NCBI GenBank assembly: GCA_023251755.1
Contig: JAHEYF010000057.1
Coordinates: 1 to 29,697 of the forward strand
Direction: 5' to 3'
Origin: Bacteroidota bacterium
Lineage (GTDB): Bacteria > Bacteroidota > Bacteroidia > B-17B0 > Aurantibacillaceae
Length of the DNA stretch: 29,697 bases
Shown here: piece after piece, positions 17,327-25,710 of the stretch
Numbering within the stretch: position 1 is the stretch's first letter
Layout of the letters: each line of letters starts with the position of its first letter
Translations under genes and position numbers: made by a program
Notes under the pieces: model-generated
Databases searched by the model: none
What the model saw: the letters and a program-made list of their open reading frames with translations, nothing else
Told to the model about the DNA's origin: nothing

Positions 17327-19230
17327 TTTCCTCCGTCCCCTTTTCGTTTGGTCACGTCTTCTAACAACTTTAAACCAAGCAAGCCGCTGATAGGACCGTT
17401 GGCTCCGTTTTCGCCACCCGAAATCAATACATCCGGAATAATTTTTATTCTGTCTTTACCAATGGCCTCGGTTACTTTCAACTGGGTAAAATTATCGCCT
17501 CCCATGGCTTCCACAGCCAGTTTATACGACTCGGCAGAAGATTTACCAATGGCTAATATTTTGTCTGCCTCGGCTTTACCGGTGACGGTTATTTTTTCAC
17601 CTTCGGCATTGGCCAGGGCTTTTATTTTTTCGGCCTCGGCATTGGCCAGCACCTTTGTTTTTTCAGCCTCGGCATTCGATAAGACTTTTACTTTTTCGGC
17701 TTCGGCATTCGAGGATATTTTTATTCCGGTGGCTTCCCCTTCGGCTTTTTTAACGGCAGCATCCGCAATGCGGTGTGCAATCAACACACCCTGGTCGGCC
17801 TTCACAATTTCCTTTTGCATATCGGCTACAGCGGTTTCCTTTTCAAGGGCCTGGCGGGTCACCTCTGCTCTCTTCTGTGTTTCGAAGGTTACGTTTTGTT
17901 CTTCGGCAATCTTACGGTCGGTCAGTGTTTTCATTAAAGAGTCTGGCGGAACAATATCGCCTATTAAAGTGTCTACCCCGTTTACATTGTACTGATCGAG
18001 TACCCGACTGATGTGCATTTTGGCTGCGTCCTGTCTTTCTTTACGCGAGGAAAGGAAAGAAATCACATCAGCATCCTGTGCCGAGTTTCGGAAGTAGTTG
18101 CCGATGGTGGGCTCCAGCACCTGCCCCACTAAATTGACCATGTTTCCGAAACGGGCAATTACTTTGGGTGCTTCGGTGGTTGGAATGTGAATGATTTGTG
18201 ATACGTCGAGGTTAAAGGGGAAACCGTCGCGGGAGCGGACGGTGATGGTAGACAAATGTTTGTCCAACTGATGCGCCTCGGTGCGTGCAGAAGCCCAGTT
18301 CAATACTAAGTTGGTGGTAGGCACCAGCTCCACCCGCATAATGTAATTGTTAACGGGGTATTTACCGGGGCCTAATGGTTCGGCCCAGACTCCTTTTTCG
18401 CCCTTGCTTACAATATTGCCGTGTTTAAACTCAACACCGCTTACATCTTTTCCTTCTTTACCTATATAAGAGATCACCACACCTACATAGCCAATAGGTA
18501 TCTCGGTCATTTTAATTTGTTCCACCTGCACAAACCAGGGGTTTAAATAATAGGACCCGGCAAGTATCACCTGTGGTTGTAGACCTTTGTTACCGCTGTG
18601 GTTAAAAAAAGCATCGGCGTCCTGAAAGTTGTTGTGCGATTCGATGTATTTACCCGCAATGGCTCCTTCTTCAATGGGCAAACCATCGAGGGTGGTAACA
18701 ATGCCCACCATGTTTTCGGTAATGCTGGTCATTTCGGTTACAAAAATTTCGAACAAAAAGGTATTGATACGGTAAGTACCGGCTGTAATGTAGGCACTCT
18801 GCCTGCCTTTGCGGCCACCACTGCGGATAAAGGTTTCGGCGTTCTGAAAACCATCGCATTCAACCTTGCGGGCCAGGATGTGCCCTGTTTCCAATTCTTT
18901 CCCATCTTTTGCAGCAACGAGTGCAATTTTACCCTGGGGGATTATGGTTAATGCCTGTAATGTAATTTCATATTGCCAGATCCATTTCCAGAAATAAATA
19001 CCCGGGGCTAATGTCTGCGCCTGAAACCCGGCTTCCCCGTCAACAGCAATAATGCGCCCGTCGGGCAATTCTTTTTTATCGCCAAACAGCACAAATTTTT
19101 TGGTCACCAATCCAATCTTGTCTTCGGGAATAAAAATAATTCCCAGCATACGAAAAATAACCTTGTAAAACACCAGCATACATACCGGTATCATGATCCA
19201 CCAATACTGCAACATCTTTTCCATAATCAA
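17320..19230 (-). CDS. Flotillin-like SPFH/band-7 domain protein (YqiK/FloT-like) with a C-terminal A/E/K-rich 11-aa repeat
   Basis: 636 aa. N-terminal membrane anchor, extended SPFH region, and C-terminal repeats NAEAEKxKVLA encoded by four tandem 33-nt units (17593-17724). This is typical flotillin architecture. Confidence 0.8.
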   Translation of the reverse strand: MIMEKMLQYWWIMIPVCMLVFYKVIFRMLGIIFIPEDKIGLVTKKFVLFGDKKELPDGRIIAVDGEAGFQAQTLAPGIYFWKWIWQYEITLQALTIIPQGKIALVAAKDGKELETGHILARKVECDGFQNAETFIRSGGRKGRQSAYITAGTYRINTFLFEIFVTEMTSITENMVGIVTTLDGLPIEEGAIAGKYIESHNNFQDADAFFNHSGNKGLQPQVILAGSYYLNPWFVQVEQIKMTEIPIGYVGVVISYIGKEGKDVSGVEFKHGNIVSKGEKGVWAEPLGPGKYPVNNYIMRVELVPTTNLVLNWASARTEAHQLDKHLSTITVRSRDGFPFNLDVSQIIHIPTTEAPKVIARFGNMVNLVGQVLEPTIGNYFRNSAQDADVISFLSSRKERQDAAKMHISRVLDQYNVNGVDTLIGDIVPPDSLMKTLTDRKIAEEQNVTFETQKRAEVTRQALEKETAVADMQKEIVKADQGVLIAHRIADAAVKKAEGEATGIKISSNAEAEKVKVLSNAEAEKTKVLANAEAEKIKALANAEGEKITVTGKAEADKILAIGKSSAESYKLAVEAMGGDNFTQLKVTEAIGKDRIKIIPDVLISGGENGANGPISGLLGLKLLEDVTKRKGDGGKD

Positions 19231-19515
19231 TCTATAGTTTTAAGTTTTAGTAAAAGTACAGAGTGGGCAATTCCGTTTTATGAAAGATCCTGAAATTAGT
19301 TATAAACCAAAACAGGGTTTATTAACAGTGCCCTGCTCTTAAAATTTTAGAAAAAAGGAAGGGGATTTATGGAAATTTTGTATTATTATCCGCGAAAAGC
19401 AGGCAGTTCTTGTATTTTAAATACATTTTATACGGTTATAGGTAAAATAGGTCTGCTTAAAAACAGGAATAAGCGAAATTGCTATTTGTATTGGCAGATT
19501 TGTTTTACATTTGAA

Positions 19516-19878
19516 ATGAAACACAACCTTCCCCACATGTTAAAAAATAGTTGTACCCTGCTTGCTTTTATTATATTGAGCGCAGGTTCCCCTTTTTATT
19601 CCAATGCAAGTGGTTTTGCACAGCGCATTGTGCAAAGCGCAGAAGAAGTTATTGAATTATCCTTTGACAAAGAAGGCAAGCTGAATGTTAAGACTGCTTA
19701 CAGCAATATAACATTGGTCCGCCTGTTTAACCAGGACGGGCGAAAAATAATTGTGAAGGCCGATGGAAGCAGCAAGGAATTAACCTTGAAAGACAAATTG
19801 CCTTCCGGCTCCTCGTGGTATGTGCAGATTAAAACAGTGGACGGGTCGAGCAGCCTGCGGAAAATAAAGGCCCCCTGA
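19516..19878 (+). CDS. Hypothetical small secreted protein
   Basis: Internal start MKHNLPHMLKNSCTLLAFIILSAGSPFYSNA gives about 120 aa with a signal-peptide-like N-terminus (an alternative start is the ATG at 19537). I recognise no homology. The region upstream of 19516 in the computed ORF looks non-coding (stop-poor, AT-rich). Confidence 0.35.
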   Translation: MKHNLPHMLKNSCTLLAFIILSAGSPFYSNASGFAQRIVQSAEEVIELSFDKEGKLNVKTAYSNITLVRLFNQDGRKIIVKADGSSKELTLKDKLPSGSSWYVQIKTVDGSSSLRKIKAP

Positions 19879-19881
19879 TTT

Positions 19882-21093
19882 TTACTTCCTCAGTTCATTG
19901 AGCGCCAGCCAGGCCATTAAGCCGCTGCCGGTTTCAAGGGCCTTTTCGTCAATATCAAAAGTAGCGGTGTGAACACCGGCTGTTATGCCCCTTGCTTTGT
20001 TGCCTGTACCCAATCTGTAAAAACAACTTGGAACCACCTGCGAGTAGTACGCAAAATCTTCGGCTGTCATACGCATCGGCAATTCTTCTACATTTTCCTG
20101 GTCTAAAAATGTTATAGCGGCTTGTTTAGCCCTTTCGGTCAGCTCCTTGTCGTTCACCAAAAAAGGATAGCCTTTAAGAATATTGACATCGGCACTGGCT
20201 CCCCATTTTGTACACACCTGTTCAACCATGTGTTTTATTTTTTGATGCGCTTCGGCCCTCCATTCTTCGCTCATGGTACGAAATGTACCTTCGAGTTCTA
20301 ATTTATCGGGAATAACATTGGTGGCGCCCCTGGCCGTACTTTTACCAAAAGCAATGACGGTAGGGACTTCGTTGCCATTTTTGTCTGTATGCTTTTTCAG
20401 CATAAATTCGTTGTGCAGACTTGTAAGCACTTCGGCTGTTACCAATAAAGGGTTGATATAATCGGCCGGCATGGCTGCATGGCCGCCTTTGCCTTTGATG
20501 GTGATGTATATTTCATCGGTGCTGGCCATGTACATGCCGCTTCTGAAGCCAACCTTGCCTGTTTCCATACTTGGGAACACGTGTTGTCCGAACATGAACT
20601 GCACATCCGGGTTTTCGAGTGCGCCTTCCTTAATCATTAAAGAAGCGCCGCCCGGCAACACTTCTTCACCGGGCTGAAAAATTAATTTGACGGTGCCTTC
20701 CAGTTCGTGTTTTAATTCGTTTAAGATCAGTGCCGCGCCCAGCATACAGGCCGTGTGTACATCGTGCCCGCAGGCGTGCATCACTCCGGGGTTTTCGGAA
20801 CAATAAGGCACCTTGTTCAGTTCCTGAATGGGGAGCGCATCCATATCGGCCCTTAAGGCAAGTATTTTTTTTGATTCGTTTTTTCCTTTGATCAGGGCTA
20901 CAATGCCGGTTTTAACATAATCGCCTTTGTAGGTTATACCGGCTTCATCCAGTATGGAACAAACAAAGGCCGAGGTTTTGTATTCCTGAAAAGACAATTC
21001 GGGATGAGCGTGTATGTGCTCGCGGATCTGTTTTATTTTAGGGAAAAGAGAAAAAGCCTTTTCTTTGATTGTGTTTTTCAGCTGGTCCATCAA
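19882..21093 (-). CDS. M20D-family amidohydrolase (N-acyl-L-amino acid amidohydrolase / hippurate-hydrolase-like)
   Basis: 403 aa. M20 metal-binding motifs (MHACGHDVH, GQHVFP..., GGHAAMP) and an inserted dimerisation domain. It sits 21 nt downstream of the large OMP gene on the same strand. Confidence 0.85.
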   Translation of the reverse strand: MMDQLKNTIKEKAFSLFPKIKQIREHIHAHPELSFQEYKTSAFVCSILDEAGITYKGDYVKTGIVALIKGKNESKKILALRADMDALPIQELNKVPYCSENPGVMHACGHDVHTACMLGAALILNELKHELEGTVKLIFQPGEEVLPGGASLMIKEGALENPDVQFMFGQHVFPSMETGKVGFRSGMYMASTDEIYITIKGKGGHAAMPADYINPLLVTAEVLTSLHNEFMLKKHTDKNGNEVPTVIAFGKSTARGATNVIPDKLELEGTFRTMSEEWRAEAHQKIKHMVEQVCTKWGASADVNILKGYPFLVNDKELTERAKQAAITFLDQENVEELPMRMTAEDFAYYSQVVPSCFYRLGTGNKARGITAGVHTATFDIDEKALETGSGLMAWLALNELRK

Positions 21094-21114
21094 TCGGGGT
21101 TAACAAGTTAACAA

Positions 21115-24100
21115 CTAAAAGTCTGTTGTAAACGACAAGTACGTAATTTTATCCTGTTTAATTTTATTGTCGTAGCCCCAGGCAAAGTCAAGCCGCACAA
21201 AATAACCAAATATGCGTGAGCGGAAACCAAACCCATACCCTGCAATGATGGGTTCTTTCTGCTGAATCAGCACCACGTTGATGGGGTTTCCTAAAATAAC
21301 CGTCCTGTTTTCTGTATTTTCTTCGCTGAAAGGTGATGTACCGTACCAGGCCGAACCCACATCGGCAAATCCAATCACCTGGAAGTTGTTGATAAAGTCT
21401 GAACGAATGGGACGGTTCATAAAATACCGGAACAAAGGCAGGCGCAGCTCAGAATTCAGTACCACAAAATTGTTTCCGTTGCGGGCATTTTGTTTAAAGC
21501 CCCGCATATTGGTAGCTAATGTCTGAAACTGGTATTGTTCGGGGTGTAAAATATTGATGTTGTTGTCGAAACGGGGAAAAGCCCAGTTGTCTACACCACC
21601 CATGTAATACACCAGGCGGTCGGTGCCCATCGAAGTGCTTCCTGCAATGCGGTTGGCCCATATAAAGTCGCGGTGAATTTTGAGGTAATGCCTCACGTCA
21701 AATCCCAATACAATTAAATCGTGCCGTTTGTTTAAGTCTGCTTTGCGTAAATATTCAGCAAATACTTTCAGGCGCCAGCCGTTGTATATGTTGAGGCCCC
21801 GGCTGCGGGTGTTGTCGTAAATGTATTCGGTTTTTACACCGCCCCAGTTTACATACTGGTTGTCTTTCCGTAATGAAATATCATCGATAGAAGTGTATAT
21901 AGTCTGGTCGTTTCGGTAATACAGCGAAGTTTTTATAGCAGACACTTCACTAAAGGGGTATTTGAATTTCATAATTGCATCGTGGGTGTGCATTTTCAGA
22001 AAAAAACCCTCCCCGCTCACATTCTGAAAAGACTGCCGGTGCAGGATCAATTGTTTGTCCCAGAGCTTGTACCTGTTTTCAACGCTGATAAAATACTCGT
22101 TGTTCAGGGTCCCCGAAATCCTGAAACCGGCTACAATGCGGTAATCTTCAAACAAATCGCTCATACCTATTTTAACAAAAGCGTTCATGCCGGGGTTCAT
22201 GTAATAGCCTGTAAAACGCTGGTAAGTCTGATTGAGGAAAGAATTGTCGAGTTGCGTTACCACATTGTCTACCGCAAAATTGGTGTAATAGTTTTGCTGA
22301 ATGGGAAGCGTGAAATCCTTTTTGGCTGCGTTCTTTAAAGAGTCTTCCTGTAGCGATGGGCTGTTTGGGTCAGCCCCGTCTGCGGGAGAATTGTTAACGA
22401 CAGGGTTCTTATTTTTTTCATTGCCGAATGTATAATTGTCCACATCTACTTTTGAAGGGTCTTTCGGTGAAGTTTCATTTGTTTGTGAGGGAGTGGTAGT
22501 AATAGTGGTGCTACTGGTTTTAAAGTATGAAATTTGTGAACGGCGGTAGTACGAGTTTTTTAATTCATAGTTCAGGCTGTTCGGTTTTTGAATGGGGCTG
22601 ATATACATGTATTGCAAACCGTTGTTGTAAAATATTTCCCCTATTTTTTTCGATTGCAGGTTCACATCGTATTCCACTACATTGCGTTTGTAATTGCTGA
22701 TGACTTTGGGGTAAAAGGTATAACGGTAATGCTCGGTGGTGTCAACATAGGAAATAACGCTGTCTAATTTTGCAGCGAAATGATTTCTGGTCCCGTTGCT
22801 TTCGCTGAGGTAAGTAAAATAACCGTCCACGTAATCGCCGGGGTGGCTTTCATGCACATCGGATGTTTCGGTAACCCGCATCAGTACCTTTGATTTTTTC
22901 TTGTAATCGAACATAAAAATATCGTGGTTCTTGTGCTGGGCATAATCGTATAAAGGTGGTTTCAACTCTTTAAGGGTATCGTTGCTGCGATTGGAGGAGA
23001 ATACAATACGCTCTCCCTGCCCTATAAAACGGGGGTTGCTGTCGTCCCACACATCGTTGGTAATTTGTTCTAATCCGCCTGCATTAATGGTAAATACAAA
23101 AATATCCGATTGCCCTTTTCCTTTTTTCACGCCGGCTACCGCTAATTTTTTCCCATCGGGTGAGTACGCAAAATCGCTGATCTTTTCGAGGCCGGTGATG
23201 GGACGCGCTATTTTTTCTTTTTCTAAAATATTATAGGTGGTGAGGTAAATCACCCCTTTTTTTTCGTTGATCATTGCAAAAGCCTCTCCGTGCGGATGCC
23301 AGGCCAGCAAAGGATAACTTACATCATTGATCCGGTCTATTTTCGGCCCGGATTTTACAAGCCGTTTCGCTTTTTTATTGGAGGAAAGGTCTTTCAGGTA
23401 GACTTTGTACTGGCTCAGTTCATTGGTGGCATAAATTACGTGCTGGCCATCGGGACTGACTTTTAACTGGTAATAGTTTTTCGTTTTTTTTGGTTTCAGA
23501 ATCAGGGCAGGACTTGTAGGCAGATACTGCGTTGTATCGTAGCCCAGGTTCCTGCGGGCAAAAGCATCCACCCATTCAAAGGTCAGGTTGCTGACGGAAG
23601 TCCCCAGAATAAAAATAAAAGCGCTTTCAATGTTGCGGCTCACCTTGCTCATGTAAAGTATGTTGGGGATAACCGATTCCCCATAGGTATCGGCCACGTA
23701 ACTCCACAAGGCGTGACCAGCAGCGGTGGCTTCTTTCCCCGAAAGGCGGTTAAAGCTATAATAACGGTCGTTGCTAATGCCGTCCATAATCTGATCGTCG
23801 AGGTCTATGTTCCAGCTTTCGGAGAGGTAAGAAATTAATCCTGATTTAAACCAGTCGGGTATCACCAGCAGGGTAGAGTTTTTAACCATGTCGCGGGTTC
23901 TTCCGCCGTACATCATATCGTTGATGAGCAGTTCGGCAATACCGGCCCGAAGCTGTTTGTCGAGTTCATAATGATTACCTGTAAAGTAGAGGGCTATTTT
24001 TGTTCCGTTTATCTTTGTAACACCGCCCAGGTTCCCGCTTTCATCAGAAGCCAGGCCAATGTTGCTTTGGCGGAAGTCGCCCTGGTTGTTGTATACGATG

Positions 24101-24369
24101 ACCTGAATTTTTTCATCTGTCTGGTAATCGAGCCGTTTTTCTAATTCTTTGAGGTGAATTTCGGTTTGTTTGGCAACATACTTTGCAATGTCCTGCCCGC
24201 CTTCATAGGTATACACCTGGTAACGTTCAAATCCAAAATAGGTCCAGCTGAAAGGCTGGTACTGAACACGGTTTTTCCCGAAGTCCTGCTGTAGTCCATA
24301 ATAAAACTGTCCCTGAGTAATGAACGGAAGAAGAAGCAGACAAGTTATGTATGAAAGAATTAAACGCAT
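21115..24369 (-). CDS. Large outer-membrane protein: signal peptide, N-terminal alpha/beta domain, PD40 (TolB-like) beta-propeller repeats, C-terminal beta-barrel ending in Phe
   Basis: 1084 aa. Signal peptide MRLILSYITCLLLLPFITQG. PD40 blades (VSPDGQHVIYATNE, YSPDGKKLAVAG, IVFSSNRS). The C-terminal roughly 350 aa show an amphipathic beta pattern and end ...YLSFTTDF, which fits an OMP beta-signal. Confidence 0.6.
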   Translation of the reverse strand: MRLILSYITCLLLLPFITQGQFYYGLQQDFGKNRVQYQPFSWTYFGFERYQVYTYEGGQDIAKYVAKQTEIHLKELEKRLDYQTDEKIQVIVYNNQGDFRQSNIGLASDESGNLGGVTKINGTKIALYFTGNHYELDKQLRAGIAELLINDMMYGGRTRDMVKNSTLLVIPDWFKSGLISYLSESWNIDLDDQIMDGISNDRYYSFNRLSGKEATAAGHALWSYVADTYGESVIPNILYMSKVSRNIESAFIFILGTSVSNLTFEWVDAFARRNLGYDTTQYLPTSPALILKPKKTKNYYQLKVSPDGQHVIYATNELSQYKVYLKDLSSNKKAKRLVKSGPKIDRINDVSYPLLAWHPHGEAFAMINEKKGVIYLTTYNILEKEKIARPITGLEKISDFAYSPDGKKLAVAGVKKGKGQSDIFVFTINAGGLEQITNDVWDDSNPRFIGQGERIVFSSNRSNDTLKELKPPLYDYAQHKNHDIFMFDYKKKSKVLMRVTETSDVHESHPGDYVDGYFTYLSESNGTRNHFAAKLDSVISYVDTTEHYRYTFYPKVISNYKRNVVEYDVNLQSKKIGEIFYNNGLQYMYISPIQKPNSLNYELKNSYYRRSQISYFKTSSTTITTTPSQTNETSPKDPSKVDVDNYTFGNEKNKNPVVNNSPADGADPNSPSLQEDSLKNAAKKDFTLPIQQNYYTNFAVDNVVTQLDNSFLNQTYQRFTGYYMNPGMNAFVKIGMSDLFEDYRIVAGFRISGTLNNEYFISVENRYKLWDKQLILHRQSFQNVSGEGFFLKMHTHDAIMKFKYPFSEVSAIKTSLYYRNDQTIYTSIDDISLRKDNQYVNWGGVKTEYIYDNTRSRGLNIYNGWRLKVFAEYLRKADLNKRHDLIVLGFDVRHYLKIHRDFIWANRIAGSTSMGTDRLVYYMGGVDNWAFPRFDNNINILHPEQYQFQTLATNMRGFKQNARNGNNFVVLNSELRLPLFRYFMNRPIRSDFINNFQVIGFADVGSAWYGTSPFSEENTENRTVILGNPINVVLIQQKEPIIAGYGFGFRSRIFGYFVRLDFAWGYDNKIKQDKITYLSFTTDF

Positions 24370-24418
24370 CCCGCGAAAATATGGGTTACTAAGGTAGTAA
24401 AATTAAGGGATTTATGAT

Positions 24419-24490
24419 AAAGTTAAAAGTAAGAAGTTAAAAGTTAAAAGCCAGGAGCCAAAAGAACGATTATGGTGACGATTCAATCCT
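24419..24490. repeat. AAGTTAAAAGTTAAAAGCC family, copy 2
   Basis: aagttaaaagtaagaagttaaaagttaaaagccaggagccaaaagaacgattatggtgacgattcaatcc. Confidence 0.8.
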
Positions 24491-24591
24491 CCGCAAGCTT
24501 TGCGTGAATTAGGTTAAAAGTAACAAGCCCTCAGGTGAGGCTCTATGTAATGCGGTTAAATCCTTCAACACCCTCAACTAAGAACTCTGAA

Positions 24592-25560
24592 CTATTTTTG
24601 TAAAGCAAACTCCTTGGCAAAGTAAGTCAATATAACTGTTGCCCCGGCGCGTTTCATGCTGAGCAGGGTTTCGTTCATTATTTTTTGCCCGTCGATCCAG
24701 CCTTTAGCAGCGGCGGCTTTTACCATGGCGTATTCGCCACTTACATTATACGCCGCAATGGGCAGGTTAAAATTATCGTTCAGTAATTTAATGATGTCTA
24801 AATACGAAAGGGCAGGTTTTACCATTAAAAAATCAGCCCCCTCCATCGTGTCCAATTCCGCTTCAATCAAGGCCTCACGGCTATTGGCCGGGTTCATCTG
24901 GTAGGTTTTTTTATCCCCAAATTTAGGGGCACTGTCCAACGCATCCCGGAAAGGACCATAAAATGCGCTGGCGTATTTAGCGGTGTAACTCATAATGGAG
25001 ACTTTGCTGAAACCGGCATCGTCCAATGCATCGCGCAAATACCCTACCCTTCCGTCCATCATATCGCTTGGCCCGATAATGTCGGCACCGCATTCAGCCT
25101 GGGCAATGGCCATACGGGCCAGTACCTCCAGGGTTTCATCGTTCACAATTTCCCCGTTTTTTACAATGCCGTCGTGCCCGTCGCTGCTGTAGGGGTCCAT
25201 TGCAACATCCGTCATTATTACCGCTTCCGGGAATTTCTTTTTTATTTCACGAATGGATTGGAGGTATAAACCCTTTTTGTTCCAGCTTTCTGTAGCCAGT
25301 TTGTCTTTTAATTTATCGTTAATGTTCGGAAACAGGGCAAATGTTTTGATCCCGAGTTTCATACACTGTTCAATTTCTTTTAAGAGCAAATCATTTGTCC
25401 ACTTAAAAATACCGGGCATAGACTTCACTTCGGATTTTTTATTTTTCCCTTCAATTAAAAACAAAGGAAAGATTAAATCGTTAACCGTAACTGTATTTTC
25501 CTGTACCAGGTCACGTATTACCTGTGATTTTCGGTTTCGGCGGGGGCGGTGGGATATCAT
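24592..25560 (-). CDS. hemB: Porphobilinogen synthase (delta-aminolevulinate dehydratase)
   Basis: 322 aa. N-terminus RPRRNRK..., active-site lysine regions and overall length are characteristic of HemB. Confidence 0.9.
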   Translation of the reverse strand: MISHRPRRNRKSQVIRDLVQENTVTVNDLIFPLFLIEGKNKKSEVKSMPGIFKWTNDLLLKEIEQCMKLGIKTFALFPNINDKLKDKLATESWNKKGLYLQSIREIKKKFPEAVIMTDVAMDPYSSDGHDGIVKNGEIVNDETLEVLARMAIAQAECGADIIGPSDMMDGRVGYLRDALDDAGFSKVSIMSYTAKYASAFYGPFRDALDSAPKFGDKKTYQMNPANSREALIEAELDTMEGADFLMVKPALSYLDIIKLLNDNFNLPIAAYNVSGEYAMVKAAAAKGWIDGQKIMNETLLSMKRAGATVILTYFAKEFALQK

Positions 25561-25600
25561 AGATGTGAGTATTGAGATATTAGTATTGAGATGTTAGATG
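25561..25600. repeat. GTGAGTATTGAGATATTAGTATTGAGATGT repeat abutting the hemB start codon
   Basis: gatgtgagtattgagatattagtattgagatgttagatg begins 1 nt after the hemB ATG complement. Confidence 0.8.
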
Positions 25601-25648
25601 CAGGCCGCCTTGTGGCTGATCGATAAATATTCTTATAATGCTGGCTTT

Positions 25649-25710
25649 CCGTAATCCACATTTTGGCTTTTGGCTTATTACTTTTGGCTTCTAAATTTTC
25701 AACTTTTAAC
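25649..25710. repeat. AAGTTAAAAGTTAAAAGCC family, copy 3, reverse-complement orientation, overlapping the hemC/D stop
   Basis: The reverse complement reads aagttaaaagttgaaaatttagaagccaaaagtaataagccaaaagccaaaatgtggattacgg. Confidence 0.75.

Noticed and set aside
17348-17995. 215-aa plus-strand ORF, and other long antisense ORFs (for example 1642-2133, 5262-5741, 14564-14926, 8340-8741)
   Set aside because: All are embedded antisense in well-supported genes (flotillin repeat region, T9SS cargo, PuuD-like, SpoIIE coiled coil, GS-like/Fe-ADH). They translate to low-complexity or Ser/Cys-rich strings with no start context, as expected for frames opposite GC-skewed or repeat-coding DNA.
19300-19345. 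Minus-strand hairpin plus T-tract (cagggcactgttaataaaccctg then ttttggttt) as a terminator
   Set aside because: The nearest upstream minus-strand gene ends at 19882, and the gap holds the oppositely oriented small ORF. Without a transcript to terminate, the assignment is unsupported.
24519-24537. Possible hemB terminator hairpin (agccctcaggtgaggct)
   Set aside because: The stem is short and bulged and the following U-tract on the minus strand is weak (uuguuacuuuu). I could not support it beyond chance, so it is noted here rather than listed as a feature.
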